44,240 nucleotides of DNA from an uncultured Mycoplasmatota bacterium. GTDB taxonomy: Bacteria > Bacillota_I > Bacilli_A > RF39 > UBA660. This document shows positions 22,106 to 32,739 of the stretch, in pieces. The stretch covers positions 1 through 44,240 of the forward strand of contig CAMPBR010000004.1 in NCBI GenBank assembly GCA_946639185.1. Reading direction: 5' to 3'. The position numbers and the translations under genes were made by a program. Within the stretch, counting starts at the first letter, position 1; each line of letters opens with the position of its first letter. The notes below the pieces were generated by a model that was given only the letters and a program-made list of their open reading frames with translations, was not told where the DNA came from and ran no database searches.

Positions 22106-22468
22106 ATGGCAAATGTAATCGATAAAATTACAAATAAGCAATTAAATCCTAACGTTCCTGAATTCCGTGTAGGAGATACAGTTAGAGTTGACGTTAAGAT
22201 CGTTGAAGGTAACAAAGAAAGAATCCAAGCATTCGAAGGTGTTGTTGTAGCTCGTAAGAATGGAGGAGTTTCTGAAACATTTACAGTTAGAAAAGTTTCT
22301 GCTGGTGTTGGTGTTGAAAGAATTTTCCCAGTTCATTCTCCAAAATTAGCTAACATTACAGTAATTAGAAAAGGTAAAGTTAGACGTGCTAAATTAACAT
22401 TCTTAAGAGACAAAGTTGGAGCTTATAGAATACCAGAAAGAAGAAATAAAGAAGATAAGGCAGCATAA
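22106..22468 (+). CDS. rplS: 50S ribosomal protein L19
   Basis: [36 protein letters not shown]; AAGGAG RBS. Confidence 0.98.
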   Translation: MANVIDKITNKQLNPNVPEFRVGDTVRVDVKIVEGNKERIQAFEGVVVARKNGGVSETFTVRKVSAGVGVERIFPVHSPKLANITVIRKGKVRRAKLTFLRDKVGAYRIPERRNKEDKAA

Positions 22469-22500
22469 GTCCTTATCTTTTTTGCATATTGGAGGATATT

Positions 22501-22995
22501 ATGAATAATAAAAAGTGGTTGAAAGAATTAATACCATATATAGTAATACTAATAGTGGTTTTATTAATAAAACAATTTATTATAACTACTGTAATAGTAC
22601 ATGGTCCTAGTATGGAAGATACACTTCATAATAAAGATATAATGATTTTAGACAAAATTGGTATGAAAATAAACGGTATTAAAAGATTTGATATAGTAGT
22701 AATAGATATTGGTACTGAAAAAATTATAAAAAGAGTAATAGGGTTACCGGGTGAAACTATTTCATATAAAGATAATAAATTATATGTAGATGGAAACTTA
22801 GTAGAAGATAACCATAGTACTAAATATACAGCTGATATAGAAGATCAAATTATAGGTAATGATCAATATTATGTTTTAGGAGATAATAGAACTAATTCAC
22901 TGGATAGTAGAGTAATAGGATTAGTAACTAAAGATGAGATTGTTGGTCATGCAAGATTTATAATATTTCCATTTACAAGATTTGGTAGTAGATAA
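22501..22995 (+). CDS. lepB: Signal peptidase I
   Basis: GPSMEDTL (Ser), IKRVIGLPGE (Lys), GDNRTNSLDSR. Confidence 0.93.
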   Translation: MNNKKWLKELIPYIVILIVVLLIKQFIITTVIVHGPSMEDTLHNKDIMILDKIGMKINGIKRFDIVVIDIGTEKIIKRVIGLPGETISYKDNKLYVDGNLVEDNHSTKYTADIEDQIIGNDQYYVLGDNRTNSLDSRVIGLVTKDEIVGHARFIIFPFTRFGSR

Positions 22996-23060
22996 CCAAG
23001 TCTTTTTGTTTACTTGAAAATAATACTGTGTTATAATCTTATTAGAAAATAGATAGGAGA

Positions 23061-23564
23061 TTGTATATGGATTTACGTGGTATTACAGAATTTTTTAGAG
23101 ACACATTTAAATATATCGTTGTAGCTATATTAGTATTTTTATTATTTATTTTTGTTATAGGACTACATCAAGTGGTTGGTCCATCTATGTCACCTACTTA
23201 TAAAGAAGGAAGTGTTGGTGTTATAAATAAGTTAGCATATAAGTTTGGTGAAATAAAAAGAGGAGATATTGTTATTTTATCTGAATCAGAAAAATACATG
23301 ATTAAACGTGTTATTGGTCTACCAGGTGAAGTAATTGAATATAAAAATAATAGGCTATATATTAATGGAGTAGAATACAAAGAAGATTATTTAAATGATG
23401 ATGTTATTACTGAAGACTTTACTTCTAAACTAATTCCTGAGGGAGAATATTTAGTTTTAGGAGATAATAGAAGTGATTCAAACGATAGTAGAGACTACGG
23501 ATTTGTACCAAAAAAGCAAATAATTGGCAAAGTTTGGTTTAAAATATGGCCATTAGGTAAATAA
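23061..23564 (+). CDS. lepB: Signal peptidase I, second copy
   Basis: GPSMSPT, IKRVIGLPGE, GDNRSDSNDSR. Confidence 0.93.
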   Translation: MYMDLRGITEFFRDTFKYIVVAILVFLLFIFVIGLHQVVGPSMSPTYKEGSVGVINKLAYKFGEIKRGDIVILSESEKYMIKRVIGLPGEVIEYKNNRLYINGVEYKEDYLNDDVITEDFTSKLIPEGEYLVLGDNRSDSNDSRDYGFVPKKQIIGKVWFKIWPLGK

Positions 23565-23647
23565 AAAGATAAAGTTTTTGTTTACAAATTAAGGAAAATA
23601 GTATAGAATATATTAAAACGAAGAAGCAAGAGGGCACATCTAGAAAA

Positions 23648-23730
23648 AAACACATTGGCAAAACTATTGAAAAGTAGTGACGCAAAGCTTTAGAACCTAA
23701 GATGTAAAACGTTATGGTAGTCAGCTGCAT
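23648..23730 (+). ncRNA. c-di-GMP-I (GEMM) riboswitch aptamer
   Basis: GGCAAAACTATT-GAAA-AGTAGTGACGCAAAGCT...CCTAAG...ATGGTAGTCAGCTGC matches the GEMM consensus. Confidence 0.85.
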
Positions 23731-23755
23731 TTATACATTGTATAAATGCTTTTTT
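23727..23755 (+). terminator. Riboswitch expression-platform terminator
   Basis: GCATTTATAC-ATT-GTATAAATGC plus TTTTTT, overlapping the aptamer 3' end. Confidence 0.8.
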
Positions 23756-23783
23756 GTTTGTATATATAGAAAGGGAGGTATAT

Positions 23784-26700
23784 ATGAATAAGAAAAGATT
23801 GTTTGCTATCGTTTTATTTATTGTTTTAGGTTTATTTATGTTCACTTTTGCCAATCCTAGAAATAATAAAGATGATAGGAAACTAAATGGTGACATCATT
23901 ACACCAGAAGAACAAGAAACAACAAAAGAACCAGAAATTACTACAACAGAAGAGGAAACAACAACTGTTATTACTACACCAGTAGTAAATAATGATCAAG
24001 TAAAAAACAACAATCAACCAAAAGTTGTACCAACTATTGATTTATCTAAAGATAAACAACAAGCAATTGATGAATTAAACAATCATAAAGGTGATTATGA
24101 ATTTACTAATGATGAAGAATACAACAAAGTTATAGAAGAATATACAGATAAGATAAATAATTCTGATACAAAAGATGAAATCAATAAGAAACTAGAAGAT
24201 GGAAAAGAAGCTATTGATAAACTAATTAAAGAAGACTTAGAAGCATACAAAGAAGCAGCTAAAGAATTAGTTAAAGAATATGCAGATAAGTTAGGATTTA
24301 AAGAAGAAGATATTAAGCAAGTTTTAACTACTATCTATACCGACATTGATAATCAGCAAACAAAATCATCAGTAGATGAAGCAAAAGAAAGAGGATTTGA
24401 CTTATTAGATAGTTTATTTGATGAAGCTCAAAAACAAGCAGTTAAAGATTTAGAAAAGTATAAAAAGGATTATATATATGATGACATCAAAGATGAACAT
24501 GAAAAAATCGTTAGCGAGGGGTCATCTAATATAAATAAATCTACAACAATCGCTGAAATTGAAAAAGAATTAAAAGAGGCAAAAGATAAAATTGATAAAT
24601 TAATTAATGACTACTTAGATAAATACAAAAAAGAAAAAGAAGACTTCATTGATAAATATACAAATGGTAAAGACGCAGAATACACAGAAAAAAATCAACA
24701 AAAAATAGATAACATCAAAATAGAAGCAAAAGAAAATATCGAAAAAGCTACAACAAAAGAAAAAATAGATAAAATTGTAGAAGATACAATTAAAGCAATT
24801 GATGAAATTCAAAGATTAAATGATACATATTTTACAGTTAGATTTGTAAATATTAAAGGTGAAGATATCGTTAGTCCACAAAAAGTATTATATAAACATG
24901 ATGCAACTCAACCTACTAATGTACCTAATGTTGTAAGAAAAGGGGTTACTTACACATTTAATAATACATGGGAAGGTGATTATACTAACGTTAAAGAAGA
25001 CTTAATTATTAAAGCACAATATGATATTACAGAAGTTACAGTTAAAATCTTTAAATTAAATGAAGGTGTAGCTATACCAGAAGATGGTCATGGATTAGCT
25101 GGAAGTAATTATAAATACATGACTTCATCAACATTAAAATTAACTGATGAAATTAAAAACGCAGCATTTGGTGATAAAAATCAAACAATAATTTCATTAG
25201 ATGATGAAGAAATAAGATCACTAATCAACAAAGAATTACCATTATATGTAAAAGGAAAAGATGGATATGTTTATAAATGTTATGTTTTAAAACTAGCTGA
25301 AGAAGCATTCCATGTTGATGTTGCTGAAGTATTTGATCAAGAATTATATGATAGAAATACTGTAACAGTTACATACACAATTAATGACTCATTAAATCAA
25401 GCTACATTTGCTAATAATGAAACAGTATATGAATATACTGAACATGATGGAAGTGTAGAAGTTAAAACGCCAAAAGTATATGGAAAAGATGGAAAAGAAC
25501 TTAATGTTGTTTGGACAGATACTAATAATGAATTAAAAGGGGAATATACAAGTTCAATGACATTAACTGCAACAGTAGATAGAACAGCTCCAGAAATAAC
25601 AATCATCACAGATGAAAATGCAAAACCACTTTATGCTGGTAATACTTATAATGATTTAGGTGCTACTGCTTATGATAACTTCGATGGGAAAGTAGAAGTA
25701 TTAATTATTGAAAATACAGTAAATACAAATAAAGCAGGTACTTATTATGTAACTTATGTAGCAACAGATGCTAATGGAAATTCTGCTACTGCAACACGTA
25801 CAGTAACAGTTAATGAACCATCAACTATCACTTATACAATTAGTGATTCCTTAAATAAAGCAACTTTTGCAGATGGTATTAAAACTTATACATATACTGA
25901 AAACGATGGAACAGTAAGCGTTAATTTACCAAAAGTTTATGATGATGGAAAAGAACTTAATGTTGTTTGGACAGATACTAATAATGAATTAAAAGGGGAA
26001 TATACATATTCAACAACATTAACTGCAACAGTTGATAGAACAGCTCCAGTTATTACATTAAATGGCGATAAAACAGTAAATATATTTGTTAATGGTACTT
26101 ACACTGACTTAGGTGCTACTGCAAAAGATAATTTTGATGGAGAAGTTAATGTAACAACTACAGGTGAAGTTAATACTAGAAAAGCTGATACTTATACTAT
26201 AACTTATACAGCAACTGATGCTAATGGAAATTCTGCTACTGAAACACGTACAGTTGTAGTAAACGAAGTTAAATTTGAAGGTATAAAAGTAGAAAGTGTT
26301 AATGCTAAATATGTTCGTTATCAAGACTTTAATGCATCAACACTAAAGATTATAGAAATGTACAACGATCAAAGTAAGAATCAAACAATTGAATTAAACA
26401 ATTGTCGTACTAACTGGTATGGTAATATTGTTTGTTCAACAAATAATCGTAAAAATGTTACAATCAAAGGATTTGATACTGGATCATCTAACGTAGGAAA
26501 TGGTAGAACAGCATCTGTAGAATACAATAACTTAACAACTACTTATACATATGATGTAAGATTTAATACACACCTTGGCCAAGAATATGGTAAAAATTAT
26601 ATTGAGTTTGATTTACCATACGGAATACCATACGGAACATATGTATCAAGTATCACTTACTATGCAGCAGATGGTTCTCAAACACAAATAAATCCTTATT

Positions 26701-26876
26701 CTAGTAGCGAAAATCCATTCAACTACGAATTTAATACACGTACAATTACATACTATATTACTGATACTGAATATAATTTAATACATGCTATGAATGGAAC
26801 TAGTGATGCAGGAAATATGGTAGTAACATTTACCAACGGAACATCTTACAAATATACTGTAGTAGAAGCAAACTAA
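23784..26876 (+). CDS. Large surface protein: N-terminal anchor, helical GA/DUF1542-like repeats, two DUF5011-like Ig repeats
   Basis: N-terminal TM, T/E/P-rich linker, repeated AKxxIDxL helices, DRTAP.I...Y.DLGATA.DNFDG...Y.ATDANGNSAT..RTV twice; GGGAGG RBS. Confidence 0.8.
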   Translation: MNKKRLFAIVLFIVLGLFMFTFANPRNNKDDRKLNGDIITPEEQETTKEPEITTTEEETTTVITTPVVNNDQVKNNNQPKVVPTIDLSKDKQQAIDELNNHKGDYEFTNDEEYNKVIEEYTDKINNSDTKDEINKKLEDGKEAIDKLIKEDLEAYKEAAKELVKEYADKLGFKEEDIKQVLTTIYTDIDNQQTKSSVDEAKERGFDLLDSLFDEAQKQAVKDLEKYKKDYIYDDIKDEHEKIVSEGSSNINKSTTIAEIEKELKEAKDKIDKLINDYLDKYKKEKEDFIDKYTNGKDAEYTEKNQQKIDNIKIEAKENIEKATTKEKIDKIVEDTIKAIDEIQRLNDTYFTVRFVNIKGEDIVSPQKVLYKHDATQPTNVPNVVRKGVTYTFNNTWEGDYTNVKEDLIIKAQYDITEVTVKIFKLNEGVAIPEDGHGLAGSNYKYMTSSTLKLTDEIKNAAFGDKNQTIISLDDEEIRSLINKELPLYVKGKDGYVYKCYVLKLAEEAFHVDVAEVFDQELYDRNTVTVTYTINDSLNQATFANNETVYEYTEHDGSVEVKTPKVYGKDGKELNVVWTDTNNELKGEYTSSMTLTATVDRTAPEITIITDENAKPLYAGNTYNDLGATAYDNFDGKVEVLIIENTVNTNKAGTYYVTYVATDANGNSATATRTVTVNEPSTITYTISDSLNKATFADGIKTYTYTENDGTVSVNLPKVYDDGKELNVVWTDTNNELKGEYTYSTTLTATVDRTAPVITLNGDKTVNIFVNGTYTDLGATAKDNFDGEVNVTTTGEVNTRKADTYTITYTATDANGNSATETRTVVVNEVKFEGIKVESVNAKYVRYQDFNASTLKIIEMYNDQSKNQTIELNNCRTNWYGNIVCSTNNRKNVTIKGFDTGSSNVGNGRTASVEYNNLTTTYTYDVRFNTHLGQEYGKNYIEFDLPYGIPYGTYVSSITYYAADGSQTQINPYSSSENPFNYEFNTRTITYYITDTEYNLIHAMNGTSDAGNMVVTFTNGTSYKYTVVEAN
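25360..26270 (+). repeat. Intragenic tandem duplication, period ~456 nt (152 aa)
   Basis: Identical block GATGGAAAAGAACTTAATGTTGTTTGGACAGATACTAATAATGAATTAAAAGGGGAATATACA at 25488 and 25944. Confidence 0.9.
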
Positions 26877-26955
26877 TAAATTAATCAAACTTAAAAAATC
26901 AAGGTTTTCCTTGATTTTTTTTTACATTAATAGTAATCTAATAATAGGTGATAAT

Positions 26956-27348
26956 ATGGCATACATTAAATACAAAGAACTAACTAAATACTTTAATTTT
27001 AACAAAGAAGTAAATATAGATGATTTACCTACTTATGTAACTGATTACTTAAGAAAAGGGGAAGTTATTGTTAAAGCATATAAAACATCACGAGATAAAG
27101 GCGTATTTACTAATGAAAGAATGATATTATTTGATGTTAATCCATTAAATAATAGTAAAAAGATTCACATTATCCCATATACATCTATTTCAAGTGGAGC
27201 AATTCTTTTTAAGAAGTTAAGTGCAGCAATACTTTTATCATTTGATAGTGGTTACCAATTAAAACTTAATTTTGTATTATTAAGTAGTAAAGATAAAACA
27301 GAACTTCGTAAACTATTTTCTTATATATTTGAGCGCATTAAAGGATAA
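26956..27348 (+). CDS. Bacterial PH-domain protein (bPH_1-like)
   Basis: RD..VFTNERMILFD..PYTSISS pattern. Confidence 0.75.
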   Translation: MAYIKYKELTKYFNFNKEVNIDDLPTYVTDYLRKGEVIVKAYKTSRDKGVFTNERMILFDVNPLNNSKKIHIIPYTSISSGAILFKKLSAAILLSFDSGYQLKLNFVLLSSKDKTELRKLFSYIFERIKG

Positions 27349-27395
27349 TTCATTTTATCCTTTTTTTGTGCTATAATTTAATAGGTGATATAATA

Positions 27396-28346
27396 ATGAG
27401 TAATAAAAAAATAGTGGTATTAGGTGGAGGAACAGGAATGTCAACTCTTCTTAAAGGATTAAAATTATTTCCACTTGATATAACGGCTGTTGTTGCTGTT
27501 AGTGATGATGGAAGAAGTACAGGTAGATTAAGAGAAGAATTCAATATAATCGCAGTTGGTGATATTAGACAAGTATTAACATCTTTATCAGAAACAGAAC
27601 CATTAATTGAAAAACTAATGAATTATCGTTTTGAAACAACAAGTGATTTAAATGGCCATACAGTTGGTAATTTATTACTAACAGCATTAGCTAATATAAA
27701 AGGCAATTTATCAGAAGGAATAGCGTCACTATCTAAAGTATTTAATTTAAAAGGTAAAGTATTACCACTAACTGAAGAAAACGTAGTACTCGCTGGATTA
27801 ATGAAAGATAATAGCATTATAGTAGGGGAACATAATATTACTGAATCTGGAAAAGGAATTAAAAAAGTATTTTATAAAGAAAAAGCCCATACTAATCCGC
27901 TTGTGTTAGATGAAATAAAAAATGCCGATTTAATAATACTAAGCATGGGAAGCCTATTTACTAGTGTTATTCCTAATTTAATTAATGATGATATGAAAAA
28001 AGCTTTAAAAAATAGTAAAGCTAAGATCATGTATGCATGTAATATGGTTACACAACCAGGAGAAACAGATAATTATACAGCTAGTGATCATATTAAAACC
28101 TTAAATAAATACTTAGGTAAAAGAAAAGTAGATATAGTTTTAGTAAATGATGGTATTATTGATCAAGATATATTGGAAAAATACAGAACTACTGAACAAA
28201 AAGATGAAGTAGAATTTGATAAAGAAAACTTAAAAAAACTTGGGGTACAAATTATTCATAATAACTATGTAGATACATCTCTTGGATTTTTAAGACATAA
28301 AGTAGATAAATTAGCTTTAGATATATATGCATATTTAATAAAATAG
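27396..28346 (+). CDS. yvcK: YvcK/GlmR family gluconeogenesis factor
   Basis: VVLGGGTG, VSDDGRSTGRLR, GHTVGNL, GSLFTSVIPNL, NMVTQPGET. Confidence 0.92.
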   Translation: MSNKKIVVLGGGTGMSTLLKGLKLFPLDITAVVAVSDDGRSTGRLREEFNIIAVGDIRQVLTSLSETEPLIEKLMNYRFETTSDLNGHTVGNLLLTALANIKGNLSEGIASLSKVFNLKGKVLPLTEENVVLAGLMKDNSIIVGEHNITESGKGIKKVFYKEKAHTNPLVLDEIKNADLIILSMGSLFTSVIPNLINDDMKKALKNSKAKIMYACNMVTQPGETDNYTASDHIKTLNKYLGKRKVDIVLVNDGIIDQDILEKYRTTEQKDEVEFDKENLKKLGVQIIHNNYVDTSLGFLRHKVDKLALDIYAYLIK

Positions 28347-28451
28347 AAAGCTTATCTTTCTTTTTTTATGAAAAAAATTATTTTTTTCTTACGAAAAACA
28401 AAAAAATGTGTTATAGTTGTAGAGTTGCATAAAAAAAGGAGGAAAAAATTT

Positions 28452-30422
28452 ATGAAAAAAGAATTAAATTTAGGTACTGAAAAAATTAATAAATTATTAG
28501 TAGCTTTTGCAGTACCATGTGTTATTAGTTCATTAATAAATTCAATTTATAATATTGTTGACCAAATATTTATTGGGAAGGGTGTAGGTACTTTAGGAAA
28601 TGCAGCTACTAATGTATTATTCCCATTAATAATATTATTAAGTGCTATCGCATCACTAATAGGAAATGGAGGTGCAGCATACTTATCATTAAAATTAGGA
28701 GAAAAGAAAAATAATGATGCAGCTAAAAGTATAGGGCAAACTACTACTTTAACTATTATAAATGCTTTAGTATTAAGTATTATTTCTTATATTCTATTAC
28801 CTAAATTAATTTATGTATTTGGATGTACTGATAGTGTTTATAAATATGCTTTAGATTATGGAAGAATAATAGTATTAGGTGCACCATTTATGATTATATA
28901 TTCATCATTATCTAGTATTATTAGATCAGATGGTAGTCCAAAATATTCAATGCAAATGTTAGTAATTGGAGCAATTATTAATATAATCTTAGACCCAATT
29001 TTTATATTCTATTTTAATATGGGAGTTAAAGGTGGAGCATTAGCTACTATATTAGGACAAATTGTCTCATTTATAATGGCTATTCGCTATTTATTTAAAA
29101 TAAAATCTGTTAAATTAGCAAAAAAAGATTTTAAAATAGATAAAGATATTTTTAAAATATTATCCCTTGGTTTATCTTCTTTTATTACTCAAATTACTGT
29201 ATTAGTATTATTTATATTTATGAATAATGTTATGACTAAACTTGGAACTAATTCAAGATTTGGTAGTGATATTCCACTTTCTGTATATGGAATTATTTCT
29301 AAAGTAAACAGTTTATATATTTCTACAGTTATAGGTATATCAATCGGAGCTCAACCAATTATTGGATATAATTATGGAGCTGGTAATAAGAAACGTGTAC
29401 AAGAAGTATTAAGAAAAGTATTAATCACTAACTTTACTATAGGAATTATCTTTAATATCTTATTTGTTTTATTCCCTAGAGAAATAGCTAATATATTTAT
29501 TTCTAAAAGTGATCCTAGTTATAAATTATTTATAGATTTTGCGAAACTTATGTGTCATTCATTTATCTTAGTATGTGGTTTAAATGCTTTAGAAATGACA
29601 ACATCTGTTTTACTTCAATCTTTAGGAAAAGTATTTAAAGCAACAATGCTTGCTTTTACAAGACAAATTATTCTATTAATACCAATTTCTTTGATTTTAG
29701 GTTTAGTCTTAAATATGGGCATTTATGGGGTATTATACGCAGGATTAATAGCAGATACTTTAACGTTTATTTTAGCTATATTTGTATTTATGTCAGAATA
29801 TAAAATTTTAAGTAAAGATAAAGAAAATATAATTATTGAAGATGAAAAAGTTAATAATACATATAATGGTAAAAAGATTGTAATAACTATAGCTAGAGAA
29901 TATGGATCTGGTGGTAGATTTGTTGGAAAAATATTAGCTGAACAATTAGGTATTAATTTCTATGATAAAGAATTAATTGCTTTAACAGCTAAAGAGTCTG
30001 GTTTAACTAAAGAATATATAGTATCAGAAGACGAAAAGAAAACAGCTAATTATATAGATAATAATAGTGATTTAATTTATCTAGCAGAACAAAAAGTAAT
30101 AAAAAAATTAGCTAAAAAAGAATCATGTGTTATAGTAGGTAGATGTGCTGGTAATATTTTAAATGATAATAAAAATGTTTTAAAAGTCTTTATTTATAAT
30201 AGTGAAGAAGGTAAAGTTAAAAGAGCTATAAAATACTTTGGATTAGCTAAAGATAAAGCTTTAAAAGAAGTAAGAAAGATAAATAAAAATAGAAGAAAAT
30301 ATTATAAATATTATACAGGTACTGAACTAGATAATATTAGTAATTATGATTTATGCTTTAACTCAGATTATTTATCTGTAGAAGAAATAGCTAATGAAAT
30401 AAAAAATATAATAAGTAAATAA
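28452..30422 (+). CDS. MepA-like MATE efflux transporter fused to a cytidylate kinase-like domain
   Basis: YNIVDQIFIG, NIILDPIFI, QPIIGYNYGA; C-terminal ITIAREYGSGG, VIVGRCA, YDLCFNS. Confidence 0.88.
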   Translation: MKKELNLGTEKINKLLVAFAVPCVISSLINSIYNIVDQIFIGKGVGTLGNAATNVLFPLIILLSAIASLIGNGGAAYLSLKLGEKKNNDAAKSIGQTTTLTIINALVLSIISYILLPKLIYVFGCTDSVYKYALDYGRIIVLGAPFMIIYSSLSSIIRSDGSPKYSMQMLVIGAIINIILDPIFIFYFNMGVKGGALATILGQIVSFIMAIRYLFKIKSVKLAKKDFKIDKDIFKILSLGLSSFITQITVLVLFIFMNNVMTKLGTNSRFGSDIPLSVYGIISKVNSLYISTVIGISIGAQPIIGYNYGAGNKKRVQEVLRKVLITNFTIGIIFNILFVLFPREIANIFISKSDPSYKLFIDFAKLMCHSFILVCGLNALEMTTSVLLQSLGKVFKATMLAFTRQIILLIPISLILGLVLNMGIYGVLYAGLIADTLTFILAIFVFMSEYKILSKDKENIIIEDEKVNNTYNGKKIVITIAREYGSGGRFVGKILAEQLGINFYDKELIALTAKESGLTKEYIVSEDEKKTANYIDNNSDLIYLAEQKVIKKLAKKESCVIVGRCAGNILNDNKNVLKVFIYNSEEGKVKRAIKYFGLAKDKALKEVRKINKNRRKYYKYYTGTELDNISNYDLCFNSDYLSVEEIANEIKNIISK

Positions 30423-30487
30423 AATGAGATTAATATCTCATTTTTTTATTTTTATGTGCTATAATTAAATTAACATAGGAGCGTTAA

Positions 30488-30985
30488 ATGATAATTAGAC
30501 AAAAAGAATTAAAAGATTGTGAAGAGTGGGTAGATATCAATATAAATAGTTGGAACGAAAATTTAAAAGGAATAGTTTCTGATAAATTATTAAAGTTTAT
30601 GATTGATAATAGAGATTCTAGAATAAAAAAAGATATTAGTAATTTTAAACAAGATAATTATAATTATGTTTTAGAAGAAGATAATGAAGTTATAGGAATT
30701 TTAAAATTAAAAAAATGTAGTAGAAACAATTATGAAGATTATGGTGAAGTACAAGTACTTTATTTAAAAACTAAGGAAAAGGGTAAAGGATATGGAAAAA
30801 TATTAATTAATAAAGACTTTGAAGTATTTAGAAGTCTTGGATATAATAAAGTAATTATTGGTTGCTTAGAAAATAATCCATCTAATGAATTCTATAAACA
30901 CCTAGGAGGAATTTTTATAGGACAAGAACCATGGAATGTTTTAGACGAACATTATATAGAAAATGTATATGAATTTAATATTTAG
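30488..30985 (+). CDS. GNAT family N-acetyltransferase
   Basis: LYL...KGKGYGK acetyl-CoA motif, N....FYKHLGG. Confidence 0.85.
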   Translation: MIIRQKELKDCEEWVDININSWNENLKGIVSDKLLKFMIDNRDSRIKKDISNFKQDNYNYVLEEDNEVIGILKLKKCSRNNYEDYGEVQVLYLKTKEKGKGYGKILINKDFEVFRSLGYNKVIIGCLENNPSNEFYKHLGGIFIGQEPWNVLDEHYIENVYEFNI

Positions 30986-31011
30986 AATATTTTTATAAAG
31001 AAGGAGATAAT

Positions 31012-31458
31012 ATGAAAGAAAAAGTAAATATTGAATTTGAAGATTTATTTGTAAATTTATTAATTGTTTTTAGAAGGAGTGATATTAAATTAGACAAGGT
31101 ATCATATAGTTTAATTGATACATATGCAACAACACTTTTAAATTATTTAACTAAAAAAGATATTGGTGTTAATTTTAAATTAGATAATGAAAATATTGAT
31201 ACTTTTTTAAAAGAAAATGCAACATATTATGAAGATTCTAAAACAGAAGGATCTATACTCATTTTAAAACAAATGCCAATTGATAAAATGATATTAAAAC
31301 ATCGATTTTATCTATCTAGTTCTTTAAAAGAAGCAATGTATAGTGATGAAGTAATTACTAGTACTCTTGAAGCATATATAGATGAATTAGTAAAATCTAA
31401 AGAAAATGATATAAATAAAGTTAAAGGTAAAATTAAAGATATTAAAGAAAATAAATAA
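31012..31458 (+). CDS. Hypothetical protein
   Basis: 148-aa ORF with AAGGAG RBS. Confidence 0.55.
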   Translation: MKEKVNIEFEDLFVNLLIVFRRSDIKLDKVSYSLIDTYATTLLNYLTKKDIGVNFKLDNENIDTFLKENATYYEDSKTEGSILILKQMPIDKMILKHRFYLSSSLKEAMYSDEVITSTLEAYIDELVKSKENDINKVKGKIKDIKENK

Positions 31459-31532
31459 TCAGAAATGATAGTAATCATTTCTTGTTTTTTTATATTTTGT
31501 GCTATAATAACACACAAATAAGAGGAAATGTT

Positions 31533-31740
31533 ATGAAGGATGACTTATATTATATTAAGAAAAAATATGGTGAACAAATGTCTCATTTATGTAGAAAATT
31601 ATTTCCAACTATTTTAGAAGAAAAATGAAGAAATTAGATTTGCATATATGCCTAAATTAGAAACTGTAGCTTCAAACTTTATGGGTAAAGCAAAAGATGA
31701 AGTGAAGAATAATATTTTATCTAAAGTAGAAGAAATATAA
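31533..31740 (+). pseudogene. Internally deleted/frameshifted gene remnant
   Basis: Promoter plus RBS, 31 codons MKDDLYYIKKKYGEQMSHLCRKLFPTILEEK-stop, then another frame NEEIRFAYMPKLETVASNFMGK...EI-stop. Confidence 0.55.
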
Positions 31741-31818
31741 TAATTTGTTGTATATGTATACACTTCTATCTTTTTATATGTTATACTTTGGTTAACTAAA
31801 AGGATATAAGGAGCAAAT

Positions 31819-32187
31819 ATGGTGGAAAATAAGATAAAAGATGCATCAAATATTAAAAATTTAGTAGTAGGTAAAGCATTATTTCAAACTAGAATAGGAA
31901 TCAACAATCATTGTAGTAAGTATCATTTGTTTGGCGGACTATGTGATATGGATAAATGTTTATATTGTGAAAACTGCTATTACAGAATAACATTAGAAAC
32001 AGGTGAAGCTATTTCTAATACAGTTATTGATTATGATAAGTTAGAAAAAGCTTGTATTGGTAGTGATAGAACTAAAGAAATATTATTTTATGATCGTGTA
32101 CCAAAAATAGATGATTTATTTAATTATCTATTTGATGATAATTCGCAGTATAGTTTTAAAAATATCGATAAAAAGAAAGTTAAATAA
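31819..32187 (+). CDS. Hypothetical Cys-rich protein
   Basis: AAGGAG RBS; C..KCLYCENC cluster. Confidence 0.55.
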   Translation: MVENKIKDASNIKNLVVGKALFQTRIGINNHCSKYHLFGGLCDMDKCLYCENCYYRITLETGEAISNTVIDYDKLEKACIGSDRTKEILFYDRVPKIDDLFNYLFDDNSQYSFKNIDKKKVK

Positions 32188-32205
32188 GCAAGGAGAATTA
32201 AAGTA

Positions 32206-32739
32206 ATGAAGAACAAAAGTGGGTATCCAGTAAAATATGCAGTATTAGAACTTTGTGAGGAAACAAGAAATGGAAAAATAATTAATGGTTATATTGCATC
32301 AAAGTGTTATTTAGTAGAAAGTAGTATAGTATTTAATGATAATGGAACTAGTCATGAAGAATACAAAGTAGTATTCCCATATAATAACATTGAAGAATTC
32401 AAAAGATCTATTAAACATAATGAGGAATATAATGATATAGCTATTATGCCACGTCGTGATGCGTGTAATAATATATATCCAATAAGTATAGTAGATAATT
32501 TATATGATACATTAGGAAATGCAAGTGAAATTGCAGTAGAAAAAAATATTAGATATCTAAATTATTTAGAATCAAAGTATAATAGTATTTTAAATCCAAT
32601 ACTTAAAAGTTATTATAAAGAAAGTATTAGTGAATTAACTAAAAATTTAGAAATAGCTAAGTTTTATGAAGAAATAGTAGAAGAAAAAACAAAAGATATT
32701 GAAGTATCAAAAACAAGTTATAAATGTAAAATAAAATAG
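32206..32739 (+). CDS. Hypothetical protein
   Basis: AAGGAG RBS; 177 aa. Confidence 0.55.
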   Translation: MKNKSGYPVKYAVLELCEETRNGKIINGYIASKCYLVESSIVFNDNGTSHEEYKVVFPYNNIEEFKRSIKHNEEYNDIAIMPRRDACNNIYPISIVDNLYDTLGNASEIAVEKNIRYLNYLESKYNSILNPILKSYYKESISELTKNLEIAKFYEEIVEEKTKDIEVSKTSYKCKIK

